Positions 13,786 to 25,695 of a stretch of DNA of 64,000 nt are shown one piece after another. How positions within the stretch are numbered: the first letter of the stretch is position 1; each line of letters starts with the position of its first letter. Location of the stretch: assembly GCA_035084275.1 (NCBI GenBank), contig CM068745.1:15252001-15316000 (forward strand), read 5' to 3'. The translations under genes and the position numbers were made by a program. Under the pieces are notes generated by a model, which made no database searches, was not told the DNA's origin, and worked only from the letters and a program-made list of their open reading frames with translations. The stretch comes from Hydrolagus colliei (lineage: Eukaryota).

Positions 13786-14899
13786 GTGGGAGGTGATGTC
13801 AGATTGTGGTTGCAACAATGCATTCTGACTGAAATATTCTATTAAATAGTAAACCAGTTTATTAGATCCTAGATCTTTTAATCCCAATTCTCTGCCTTTT
13901 ATACCTGTGCTGTCAAAATATTTGTCTCTCTTAAACAATCAGTTCCACTATGACAGCTTTCTGTGGCAAGATCATTCCACACCTTCGCAGATTGAAGAAA
14001 TGTGACCCGTCCTCAGTTCCAGTGTCTGATTTTAAGACTAATGAATTCCTCCACCTGGTAGAAGTATAATTTACTAATATCTAAATACAGATCTATTTTC
14101 AATCCAATATTTCAACCAAATCACCCCTCAACTCCATCTACTTTTAAGAATATAACTAATCTTGTTTAGAGTTGCAAAAGCTAAATCCCTTCCTCACAGG
14201 TCTGGTAACCATCTAAGATAAGTATATATTTCCTAAGGTTGTGTCCAAATCTGAACATAACAGGGCTTGAAATGAGATCTAACCAGCACTCTTTAACAAG
14301 GTGCAGCTCCTTACTTTCATATTTTAACAGGCTTACCCCTTACCTCCCCATTTTCAGGCCACATCCTATAAATGTAATTTTGTTGTTGTCGCACCTGAGG
14401 ACTTTCCAATTTGTCCGTGCTTACAGTTACCTCCCTCTTCCCCAGCTCAAAGTCATACTCCACCACTGTTGTGAGCTGGTATGCTACCCATGCATGAGGG
14501 GTGCCATAAAGTTGTTGTTATACTCCAGAGCTCTTATTAATAAATGCCAGAGTCCCATTTGTTCTGACAGGTTTCAAACCATGAATTTGATTTAATAATA
14601 ATCCTTGTATTTGATATGACACCTTATCACATTTTCAAGATGTTCCAAACACATCACAGAATATACTGTAAGGTAAATTGACTGTATATTTTGTGGGCAA
14701 ATTGAATGCATTTGTTTCACCCACAAATTTAATGATACTGTATGTGCATTTAAATTTCTAAATCACTCATGTGTATCTTCCCAAACTCTGATTTAGAATA
14801 TACTCCAAACAGCTATTCTTCCAAATATACTACCTCACACTGTAATGTTAAACTTAATCTGTCATAAAGCCCCAATGTTGGATTTCAACTACAATCTTA

Positions 14900-15155
14900 T
14901 AGGCGTCTCAAAGCGCTTCACAAAATAGATTGAAGTGAATTGATTGTATATTTGTGGGGAAAATGAAGCTGCCAATTGATCACAGCAGTGTCCTACAAAC
15001 AGTCCTGGATTGAAGTGACCAATTTATGATTGTTGCGTTTTTCTTGTTAGGCATTATCATCAGGTATGTGGAGTAAGGAAACTTTCCTAAGGTTTCGCCC
15101 TGCCTGGAATCAAACCCAGGTCTCTCACTTGTGAGGCAAGTGCTCTAACCACTGA
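14900..15155 (-). mobile_element. SINE, same family
   Basis: Body plus tRNA-like head on the minus strand. Confidence 0.85.
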
Positions 15156-16628
15156 CAAAGTGAACCACTTCACTTTGTCCTGTACAGTCCTTTGTGCTGG
15201 AGGGGCAGTGTATTCCACATTCTAGTCACCTGTGTGAAGATAGGCTTACTGATTTATTAAAACTGGCTTAGTTCCATGTTAATGTTCCCTGCTTGGGAAT
15301 CCTGCCACTTAAAATTCATGCTGAAGCTAATTAAGATTCACTACCCATAAACCTCCACCCACCACTGCTGAACAGGATGTAAATGAACTTGTACCACTCA
15401 AACTTGACAACTATTCACTATAGAAAAAGTAAACTTCGAATCAGCACCCAAGCTCAGTTATTGTTTTCAGAGACCTGCCCAAAGGACTTCTAAAAATTTG
15501 CCAACTTTTTTTAAAAAAAATTGTGACTTCAAGTGAGCAATTTGCACAATGTGACAAATAAAGAGGTGCAAAGAAATCTCTACAATTAAGAAATTGAAAC
15601 ATCTGCGGGATATTATTCTAGACCCAAATTGAAATTTTTAAAAACTTAAATATTAAATTAAATTCCAATAGATACAGTTGTCTGGCACCCAATTAAATGA
15701 AAATCTACAGTGAAAGGTTAACTGTTGCAAATTGTGTTTGAATTTTCATGCACCTATTAGCTGAAGTGACTATGCTAATGTAGCCATTACATAAGCACTA
15801 GTTTCTCTGAAGGGGCTATTTGATTTAATTTTAAACAATCTCAGTAATCTAGTCCCTGAACTGTGGGTTCATACTGACAGTGCCAGACAACCTTGCCCAT
15901 TGGGCAGGAATTCTTCTCCCTGAGTGCCAGTTAATCTTGCAAACCACGCAACATAATTACATTTGTATAGCACCGTAAAATGTGATTCTGCCTAGACAAG
16001 GAAGCTTGCTATACAGCACTTAATAACTTATGCTGTTTTTACTGGTTAAACTCAAATACCCCCAAATGAACATTAATACTTACATCTTCAAGGCATCTCA
16101 AAGAACATCACAGAATATAATGTGCGTTGACTTGTGGGCAAATTGCAGCAGCAGTTTCCCAAAAAGTTGTGGATTAAGTGAATTATTAATTAAAGGATTA
16201 TTATCCTGGAAAAACAATCCACTGATCAACAAATAATCAGGTGCCTACATACTGCTCAGTAAACAGGTGTGTGGTGTAAGGAAACTAGCCTAATGTTTGT
16301 CAAGGGATCCTTGACATACTGGGATCCCCAAGCCATGGATCTCAAAAACCCACACACAATATTCCAGCATTACAGAGGAAGGTTACACCCTACTGGGAAA
16401 CATGTGCACTCCACCCCAAACAGAAATGTCCATATATAGGTGGCATATGTTGAATTCAGTCCAGTTTGGATACTTAAGCACGGTGGTTACTTCACAGGTC
16501 AAGACCTGGCTGACCTTAAAAAAGTTCCCCAATTGTTAAACAGCTGAAATACAAGATTCGTTTTTTTAAAAAAAAACTTTAGGATACTCAATGACATCTG
16601 CTTAAAGAGAAGTAATTTCATGTGAAAT

Positions 16629-16634
16629 TTTATT
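16629..16634 (-). terminator. Candidate polyadenylation signal of the beta-connexin (~600 nt 3' UTR)
   Basis: AATAAA on the minus strand downstream of the stop codon at 17221. Confidence 0.55.
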
Positions 16635-16672
16635 AGTTTTTTAAAAAAAAGACAAAAATGAAATGAGCGAGG

Positions 16673-16686
16673 GCGCCACCCAGTGG
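16673..16686 (-). promoter_or_regulatory. Candidate CTCF site
   Basis: CCACTGGGTGGCGC on the minus strand, one mismatch to the CCASYAGRKGGCRS core; isolated GC patch in AT-rich UTR. Confidence 0.5.
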
Positions 16687-17220
16687 TGATAGGTCAAAGC
16701 AGCGTTTCCCTCCTACCAATAGTTCCAACAAGTGGTTTTTAAACACAGATTTAACAGAAACATCATTATCCTTTGAATAACACTGTTACAACTAAAGATC
16801 CAGCAATGCAGTCTATGGATTTTTTTAAATAAAGGAACAAGTGATTATCCACTGGCAGTCATATCCCAATTTAAATACAAACAATCTAAGTATGATAAAT
16901 AGATTGCAGTTAGTTTCACAAATCAGCACAATTTCTTAAGTGAATTAAAATACTTAAATACCATAACAAGGCAGTGTGAACTGTATGGAAGCTGGGTTCA
17001 TCACATTTAGCTACTGTCTTCATATAATCGAAGAGATTTAAAACTAAAATGTAAGTAGAATGTACAATTTTTAGATGTTGGGGCAGATTTCTGCCTTTTT
17101 GTTTACTTCACATTCACCATGTTAGTAGACAGCAATTGGTTGGCAGTACTGTACAATTGTGCAGACATTGAATTAATACTCAGTGACCGTTCATGACTTT
17201 CAGCGTATCTTTGAGTCGCT

Positions 17221-18018
17221 TCAGCCAATTTTGCTCAGCTCTGAGCTAGAAATCTGGAGCTTAGCATCAGAAGACAAGAACTCATTCATTTCATTTTGCT
17301 GGTTCTCTTTGCTCCTATAAACATGGTTAGGGTGATGCGGCTTCCTGACGGAGCGTCTCAGGCAGGCCTTCACCAGCAGGTAAAGCAGCTCGGCCACGTT
17401 CAGCAGGATGCAGATCCCGGACACCACAACCATGAAGATGATGAATACAGTCTTCTCGGTGGGCCTGGAAATGAAACAGTCCACCACATTGGGACAGGGC
17501 CAGGAATCACACTTAACCAGGCGAGTCATTTGAAATCCCCCGTAGAGGAAGAACAACATGTAGGTGAAGACGCATTCAAAAGCGATCCGGAAGGAGATGC
17601 TGATAGTGTAGGTCCACCAGAAAGCACCAACGATGTGCAGTTTCTGTTTCTTCAGGGCCTCGGCGTCATCCTTGGTCAACAGGGAGCCCTGGCGTTTCTG
17701 CAGCACCTTCTTCTCTTCCTGGTGTTTGTAGGCGACGTGCAAGGAGACCAGCAGGGCAGGCGTGGACACAAAGATCAGCTGGAGGCACCACAGCCTGATA
17801 TGAGACATGGGGAAGTAGTGATCGTAACACACGTTCTTGCAGCCGGGTTGCAGGGTATTACACACAAAGTCAGACTGCTCGTCACCCCACACGCTCTCTG
17901 CCGCCACCACCAGAATCATGATCCTGAAGATAAAGATGACAGAAAGCCAGATCTTCCCGATGCCTGTGGAGTACCTGTTGACACCCCCCAGGACAAAGTG
18001 CAGTTGACCCCAATTCAT
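17221..18018 (-). CDS. GJB6: Beta-group connexin, GJB2/GJB6 (Cx26/Cx30) co-ortholog with Cx30-like C-terminal tail, 265 aa
   Basis: Connexin Cys motifs [12 protein letters not shown] and [12 protein letters not shown]; WWTY; SRPTEKTVF; tail [16 protein letters not shown] resembles human Cx30 HPNHALKESKQNEMNELIS; lies between GJA3 and CRYL1. Symbol approximate because it is probably a pre-duplication gene. Confidence 0.85.
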   Translation of the reverse strand: MNWGQLHFVLGGVNRYSTGIGKIWLSVIFIFRIMILVVAAESVWGDEQSDFVCNTLQPGCKNVCYDHYFPMSHIRLWCLQLIFVSTPALLVSLHVAYKHQEEKKVLQKRQGSLLTKDDAEALKKQKLHIVGAFWWTYTISISFRIAFECVFTYMLFFLYGGFQMTRLVKCDSWPCPNVVDCFISRPTEKTVFIIFMVVVSGICILLNVAELLYLLVKACLRRSVRKPHHPNHVYRSKENQQNEMNEFLSSDAKLQISSSELSKIG

Positions 18019-18034
18019 CTCTCTTCAGTGAAAC

Positions 18035-18050
18035 CTGAAAAAAAAAGCAT
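18035..18050 (-). other. Splice acceptor of the beta-connexin coding exon (exon begins at 18034)
   Basis: Minus strand T-tract + cAG|GTTTCACTGAAGAGAGATG. Confidence 0.85.
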
Positions 18051-18253
18051 TTTATTACTATCTGCAAATTAAACAAAAAGCGTATTTCATCCCGCCACTG
18101 CCCAGATAAGCTTAGTCATTCCCAAATAGTCTGCAGGACCACCAGAGTCCTTCAGCAAAAACTGAAATACCTGGGAACACTCAACTGGTCAAGCAGCATC
18201 TATGGAGAAAGAAAAGTGAGTCAGCGTTTCAGGTCCACTGCCCTTTGTAACAA

Positions 18254-18560
18254 GTCCTGTAGCTCAGGGGTTAGAGCACTCGCCTTGCAAGCAAGAGACC
18301 TGGGTTCGATTCCAGGCAGGGCAAAACCCTGGGCAAGTTTCCTTTCTCCACACGTATAATAATAATCCCTCAAGAAAAATAATAAATTGGTAATTTCAAT
18401 CTATGACTGTTTATGGGACACTGCTGTGCTCAATTGGCTGCTGTGTGTCACCTACAAATATACAGTCAATTCACTTTACAGTACAGTATATTCTCTGAAG
18501 CCCTTCAAGACGTGTAGAAGACTTGAACAGTGCTGTATCAAACGCAAGGACTATTATTAT
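18254..18560 (+). mobile_element. Full-length SINE inserted into a fold-back element in the beta-connexin intron
   Basis: gtcctgtagctcaggggttagagcactcgccttgcaagcaagagacctgggttcgattcc head; tail ggactattattat. Confidence 0.9.
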
Positions 18561-18894
18561 GCTGCCTGACCTGCTGAGTGTTCGCAGTGATTTGGGTTTA
18601 TGTTTCAGACCGCCAACACCTGCAGTATTTTGCCTAGTCCTGTAGCCTGCTCCACGTCCCCCACCCTACCATCCGTGGCCAGGCTTTCAGTCTCTCTGCC
18701 CCCACACTCTGAAATTCCATCCTGCAATCCCTTTGCCTCGCTTCCTACTTCAAGGCTGGTCTCAAGACCTTCCTCTTCGACCGTGCCTTTTGCTCCTCCC
18801 CTACCCCCCCCCCTCTCGGGTTCCGACCTAACTGTTCAGCGCCTTACGATGTCCTCCTAACGTTGCTCTAAAAATGCAATTTTGTTGTTGTGTA

Positions 18895-19172
18895 TTGGTT
18901 AGAACACTCGCTTCCTAAATTAGATTGCTGGGGAAGGCGAAACCATGGGCAAGTTTCCTTACTCGACACCCTTCTGTTCACCTAGCAGTTAGTAGGAAGC
19001 CAGTCATGAGGACAACTTGGGTCACTCAACCCATGTCTGTGGGACACCGCTGTGTGCAACTGGCTGCTGCATTTCGCCAACAAAATCCACTCAACCCACT
19101 TTACGATGTATTTTTGCTTTGAGGTGGTTTGACGACGTGATAATGCGCCCTTATCATATGCAAGGGTTATTG
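18895..19172 (+). mobile_element. SINE variant with an extra internal segment
   Basis: Carries ctgttcacctagcagttagtaggaagcc, absent from most copies. Confidence 0.7.
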
Positions 19173-19315
19173 TACAATACGTTTAGTTAATCCAAAAGAG
19201 AGTCTACACGGCCATTAATTGAACCAACTGTTGAAAGGAACAATTGGCTTAGCCGAGTCAGGAAAACAAAATATTCCCATTATTTTCTGCAACTAGAAAG
19301 AAAAGGATCACCTTA

Positions 19316-21300
19316 TCTCACCACCACTTAACAGAGAAAAGTTTGGTTAACCCCCAATGGTCCAGCTATCCTGCTCAGTCCTTCTGAAATCGAGGTGAAG
19401 TGGTTTCAACACAACCAAAAGCGATTTCCCCCCATCATAATACTCCAGCAAGGCACACTGGATCTATGGTTAGTTACACTGACGCTTCCTCTCGTTGGAA
19501 GTTGTAGGTAATAAAGGTTTGAGCAACTCAAACAGGCTTTGTTAATTAAAGAGCAATAAACCCCTAACGAGCTGCCCGACATCAGCGCACGTTCTGGGGC
19601 CCCGGCACACAGTGTTTATGGGCTGCCACAGGTCTAACCTTGAGTAACTGAGCACTGGTAACGTGAGTGGGGAAGCGACTCAATTAGATTCAGAACAATC
19701 TGCACCATTGCAAGATAAGCCACCGCCCGAGGAGGGGGAGGGAGGGAGGGAGGCTCAGTGACTGGTGGATGGGGATTTAAAGCAGAACTCTATGTTTGCA
19801 CTTAAATTCCACCTGGGGGGGGAGACAAAGAGGGGCTTTTACAAGAAATCTGGAGGTTTTCAAAAGGAGACGGTGAAAACACCTGTACACAGGGCAGCAG
19901 AGACAGCCAGAAACTAACTGCTCCAACTTTGGGAACCGTTCCCATCTCTGGACACGTTGCCTTATGACCAGGATTTATATATTGTTTTTAAACAAACCCC
20001 AAAACTCCTGGCCTGAAGCCGAGTGTAATGGCCGGACTCCAAGCAGTTGTAATTCAGGAACCATCACCACCTGCAGTCAGTCAGTTCCCGGGGTGGGTGC
20101 AACACACTCGTATCAACCTGAGCAGTTTAGAAACTGGAAACCTAATGAGGTTGAGTCAGGCTGTGATACACAGTTTAGCTAACTCATTAACTAGCTCAGC
20201 CTCCAAACTCCAGTTCAGCTCTCTTTAGCCTAATAACGTGAGCAGCCCCCACATAACAGCCCCCCCCCCCCCCCCCGTGTAGATTGAGTGCAGAACAGAT
20301 GCTAAAGTATCACTCAAACAATTTAAACAGTTCCCTTAAAATAGGATTACGTCTCAAAGCTTCACACAACACGCTGAGTCCATGGCAAAGTGGCAACTTC
20401 TCAGGTGATTAACTAACTAAGTAACTAACACACCCCTTTGCCTAAAGCAACACATTAAAGAGCAACTTAAGAAGCTCTGTGTAGCTGAGTAATGCCAGCA
20501 GCTCCTCTTTAGTTCTCCCCCACCCTCCTCACTCTCATTCATTCATGATAACATTATCAATGGTTTTATAACAAACCGCTTGTCCCAGACTCTCACAGAC
20601 ACACACTGCATCTGCTGAGATTTTTTTTTAAAAGAAACACCATCTCAATTAAACTCAAACACAACTTTGCAGCTCTCACCCTAAAAAAAACACACACACG
20701 CACAACTTCAACTTATGGGGAAAAAACTTGCAACTTTTTGCAAAAATCCCTACCAGCGTCAAGAACACCAAACCAAGTAACAGGAACTTCTCAGACTCCT
20801 TCCCTTCCTTCCCCCTCTGTGTCTAACAGACTTGGAGAGGTGGGAGAGAAGGTGCAGTTTAGTTGTAAAAGAACTCGAAACTGATCCTGGGAATAAAGTT
20901 GAGGAGCTTTTTTTGCTTGAGGAGTGTTTGGCGGTGTCCAGAGGCGGTGTAAAGGTGGGGTTGTAGCTGTTACTGGCTGTGTTCACACTCACCTTATGTA
21001 CACACTCACCTGTGAGGCGGTGCTGAGCGAGGCTGGGCTGCCATTGGCTCCCGAAATGTGAGACACACCAAGGGATTGCGAATAAAAATCATCGCAAAAC
21101 TGAGCCTTTTCTTTTCTTCACCATCTTCAGAAGCAACCGGCCACCAGAGAGGTTCCTTCTCTCTCTCTCTCTCGTCAACTAAAGCAGAAAGAAAGTCTGA
21201 AATGGGAAAACAATCAAATGCCCTTTCTTTATACAATACTTTTTTTTCTGTTGAAATCCACAACCAGAGGATTCTATGATATCAAGGAATTAGTTGTTTA
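19316..21300 (-). promoter_or_regulatory. Repeat-free upstream region with candidate non-coding 5' exons/promoters of the beta-connexin
   Basis: Minus-strand donor-like sites GTGAGA (19321), GTAGGG (~20753), GTGAGT (~20992 and ~21009); TGAGTCA at ~20152; no SINE/LINE recognised over ~2 kb. Confidence 0.4.
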
Positions 21301-21884
21301 TTATCTACCAAACACAAAACAATGTCAATTCCACGTTGGGTTTCTGTGCTGATCCATGTGTTGTATGATGTTTGTGAACTTCAAACACTTTCACACTGGT
21401 TTACACGTGTATTTAAAAAAAATGTTTGATATATAGTTATTATTCTAATTCTTATTACTATGACACGGGGATATGGTTATGAATCAGGAGTGAAACAAGT
21501 TACACTCAAATGCTTTTTTGGGGGGTTGTGATACAGTCTTTCATTGCAATGGTAATTTGGATGGTGTTTCTTTAAATGACCTTTAATAGAAAGATTGGTG
21601 AATGCTGTATATACACACAATAGCCTACTGGAGCCACCCCTTGACTTCACCAAGTCTTGTAGGCAGGTTAGCTTAGTGTAGCATAACAATAATAATAATA
21701 ATCCTTGCATTTGATATACATAGTGCTTTTTGCATCTTCGAGACGTCTCAAAGTGCTTCACAGAACACACTATAAAATGAATTGACTGTATAGTTGTGGG
21801 TGAAATGCAGCAGCCAATTGCGCACAGCAGTGTCCCCAAAACAGTCGTGGATTGAGTGACCAAATTACCCATTCCTACTCTCCA

Positions 21885-22190
21885 GCTGCTGCCTATCTCC
21901 AACCTCTCATTCCTCTCTATGGCCCTGGAATTAGTCGTTCCTTCCCAGCTTCGCTCCTTTCTCTCTCGCCATTCCCTCCTTGAACCCCTTCGATCTGGCT
22001 TCGGTACTGCCCAGAGCACGGAGACAGCCTTGGTCAAAGTCTCCAACAACATTTTAAAATCTGTGGTCAGGGCTCTCTCAGCCTCCTTGACCCCTCTGCT
22101 GCCTTCGACACTGTCGACTACTCCATTCTCCTTCACTGCCTCTCCTCCTAGCTCAATCCTCACTATACAAATGTAATTTTGTTGTTCTTG
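21885..22190 (+). mobile_element. Degenerate L2 RT fragment
   Basis: PISNLSFLS..LE.VV.SQLRSFLSRHSLLEPLRSGF...QSTETALVKVSNNI. Confidence 0.8.
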
Positions 22191-23114
22191 TCCAATAAAA
22201 ACTATTATTATTAAGAAATAACATTAAAGTAATGAAATTGCTTGGAATCTTGTCTCCTACCTTAAAATACTTCAGAAAATTGAACACAAAGTTAGATTTT
22301 AGTACATAAGCAATTTAAACTACTATCCTTTATGGGAAGGCATTAGGACAAAGCTTTTCCCATAAAGGATCGTAGTATGTTGAGCCAGTGATTTCAGCAA
22401 TAACAACATAAATACAAAGTTACATTTACAGAGCGCCTTTTACGTCAGGAGGACGTCCCAAAATATTTTACATAAATTTTTTCAGTCACTGCAAATTCAT
22501 TTACAAATTCATTTATATAATCTAAATTGATAGAAAATATTTATGCTTCTTAAGATTCTGGGACTTTGAATGTTCCTCAGACATGGCTGCACAGAAATTC
22601 TAAATCATCAGAGGCCCTTGTGTACAAAATTACAGAGTATTACAAGGTGTTTTTTACCAGGTAAATCAGGTGAAGCTCTTTTCACCAGTAGGGGAGTCAG
22701 TGACTAGAGATGCATTAGTTATAAGATTGTCACAAGAAGAGCAAAAAACAGCTAAAGTGAGTTTTTTTCACTCCAAGTTGTTTGGATGTGAAATGCCCTG
22801 CATTGGGGATAAGGCAGGGCGGTGAGAACGAATGAACACCCTGCTCTGAGAGTTGGTGCAGACTCGCTGAGCCTAATGGCCTCATGCACAGAGCATGGAG
22901 GCAGAAATATAACTCAGTGCAGTGGTGGACTGCTCTCCAACAATGGTAATGCAAAGCTAATACCTAAAATATAAATGCAATATCATTTCAGAATAGATGT
23001 TAAGCTTTACTTGTACATTGTTTAAATTTTTGCTGAATAAAAAATGTTTTGGGTTTGTCATCGAAGGAGAAAAGAATGCAATAGTAACATTAAGTATTAA
23101 CCTAAGCTTACCCC

Positions 23115-23640
23115 ACAAAAAAATAATAAATTGGTTACTTCAATCCATGACTGTATGTTTGACACTGTTGTGCAAAATTGGCTGCCACAATTTGCCCCCA
23201 TACAGTCAATTCGCTTTACAAAATGCGGCAGCTAATTGCGTACACCAGTGTCCTACAAACATTCGTAGATTTAAGTGACCAATTTTTTTAACATCTTTAT
23301 CTTTAGGGATAGTTATCAGGTGTGGGGAGTAAGGAAACTTGTCCAAGGTTTTGGCCTGTCAGGAGTCGAACCGAGGATTCTTGCTTGCGAGGTGAGTGCT
23401 CTAATCACTGAGCTACATAATCATTATGCTGCTTTTAAATGAGTCTAGCTTCCTGTCCTCTAAAGTGCTTCATCATGACATCATAATTCCTGTCATTATT
23501 TACAATGTGGGGAAATTTTTTCCTTATGTCTACCTTGTCCTTCACAATCAGTCCACTTTACAGTATATTCTGTGTAGCAGTTTGAGACATGTCAAAGACG
23601 TGATGAGGCGCTATATCAAATGCAAGGATTGTTATTATTA
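23115..23640. mobile_element. Cluster of SINE pieces in both orientations
   Basis: Plus body 23115-23220, minus body and head 23220-23417, plus tail 23548-23640. Confidence 0.8.
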
Positions 23641-25484
23641 CAACTGTCTCCTCTTGTACTGCTGTCTCGGTGCATCCAAAAGTATTGGTTTGCGGTTACT
23701 TAATCAATCTCAATATAAAATCTTGTATACTTGTATAAGGTTCGCTCTGCACTGTCTCCTTTCAAGACAGAAGAGCTCTAACTTGTCTAATCATGACTCA
23801 TTCCTTTAATGAAGACGATGCTTTCCTCTTCACTGTCTCTAAGGTCTGGGAATGCTGGGCATGGTTTTATCATGTCCAGACTTGATTATACCTGTTCTTC
23901 CTAGAATCCTGGTTCTTCCCTCCGTCACCTGGAAACCATCCAAACTTCTACAGCTCACGTCCTTTCCCACACCAGGCTCCATGAGCAGAAACCGCCACCC
24001 TCTCCTAGCTCTACTGCCTCCCCATCTCCTAGTTCACAATGCTTACCAGTTCATTTTAAGGAATATTAAAATAAAAACACTTTTTTTAAAAAAGGATAAT
24101 CTGAACTGTATGGAGGTCGATGTGTGCTGAAGTACATATTTGAGAAAGATGTATACCATATTCATTTCTTGATGTCATGAAACGATTTTATTGTGTGAGT
24201 GAGGATAATTCATTTACTCAAACGTGTCAAGGTCTGATTGAGTTCCAGGCTCGTGAAGAACGTAATTATAGTACAATGTGGACAATATTGCCAAAAGCAA
24301 TAAGTGAACAATTACAAATACAACTGATTCTGTTCCCTTTCTCACAAGGTCTAACAGAAGAAATCTGGCATAGTTGCTGGCATTTAGCATTCAACCTCCA
24401 AACCAGAACTTGTGTTTGTAATCTAGGATGACATTCCAGTGAGATACTAGGGGAGGAGTTGTCCTTCAGTAGAGGCAAGGTTCAGCCATTCTGTTTCTTC
24501 GAATGGTTTAGATGGAGTTTGAAGATCCATTTTGAAGGACAAAGAGACACCTGGTGCTCTATGGAATTTTTTCCCTCATCTAAATTTTCCCCAAACAAAT
24601 TGTTCATTCATATCAGGCGCAGTTGAATAGGAAGGTCTTGAGATGGGTGTTGTAGGAGGCAAGGGAGTGGGATAGGCAAAGGGATTATGGGGTGGAGTTC
24701 CAAAGGGTGGAAGCAGGAAAGCTGAAGGCTCAGCTGCCGAAGGTGAGGTGGGCAAGCCAGGGATAAGAGTTCTTGTTAGTAAAAACTAACCAGAGCATGA
24801 TTTTTGAAGTGGAAAATATAAAAGCTATTCCCTAATCATTTTAAATGCTGGAAGTGATCTAAAATTAACTCCAACAGTTGAAAGGGGGCATAAAACATCC
24901 CAAATCACAAATGCACATTTAATATTTCACAGGTGTTCAAATGACTTTTGAAACCATGTTAATGTTTGTTTGTCATTTTCACGCATGTCGATGGCTATTA
25001 GTGGAAACGAAGTGGGGGGGACGGGGGGTGGACTATGTTGACAATACATGGTGACAATGACAACAGCAACAATATTTTTAAAGGCGATTGTAATTTCTGT
25101 TTTGAATTTTGAGCTAATGTAGCTTTCTATTCTTTACTACCTGTAGGGAATGGAAAAAATGTTATTTGCATTGAGTCAAGTGGCTTTGTTTTGGTAGTTA
25201 AAGCAGTTATTATCAATAATTACAGCTGACCTCCGAACCCTTGCTTTATTTTCTTGTTGATAGAAACATTTTCTCCACTGGCAGAATTCATTAGAAACCA
25301 GCCAAACAACAGTCAGCCTCCCTTCATTCCAAACCTTGAATATTGTTCATTACAAGAACTTCCTAATCTTACGGTAATCAATGTTCACATTAATGCAAAA
25401 TGAAACAATTGAATGTCATACTATTTAACAGAATTATGATGTTTTGTGTTTATTTTCATCAAGTGTTTCATCAGGTGTTTTATG

Positions 25485-25695
25485 GACTCCTGTAGCTCAA
25501 TGGTTGGATCACTCGCCTCAAAAGCAAGAGATCTGGGTTCAATCCCAGGCAGAGCGAAACCTTGAGCAAGTTTCCTTGCTGCACAGGATTCACAGTAAAG
25601 TGAATTGACTGTGTTGTGTATTTGTGGGCGAAATGCGGCAGCCAATTGTGCACAACAGTGTTCCACAAATGGTCGTGGATTAGGTGACCAAATTA
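25485..25695. mobile_element. Rearranged SINE: plus-strand head joined to minus-strand body
   Basis: Head 25485-25585 (+), body 25590-25695 (-). Confidence 0.8.

Noticed and set aside
17296-18072. 258-aa antisense ORF over the beta-connexin
   Set aside because: Antisense shadow with a non-ATG start; explained by codon bias of the real gene
18254-18330. tRNA-like cloverleaf (TGC anticodon) and similar heads at ~13490, ~25485, ~35550 and ~57050
   Set aside because: Each continues into a SINE body, and anticodons and stems vary between copies; these are SINE heads, not tRNA genes
21477-22163. 228-aa minus-strand ORF
   Set aside because: Chance read-through of antisense L2 plus SINE sequence
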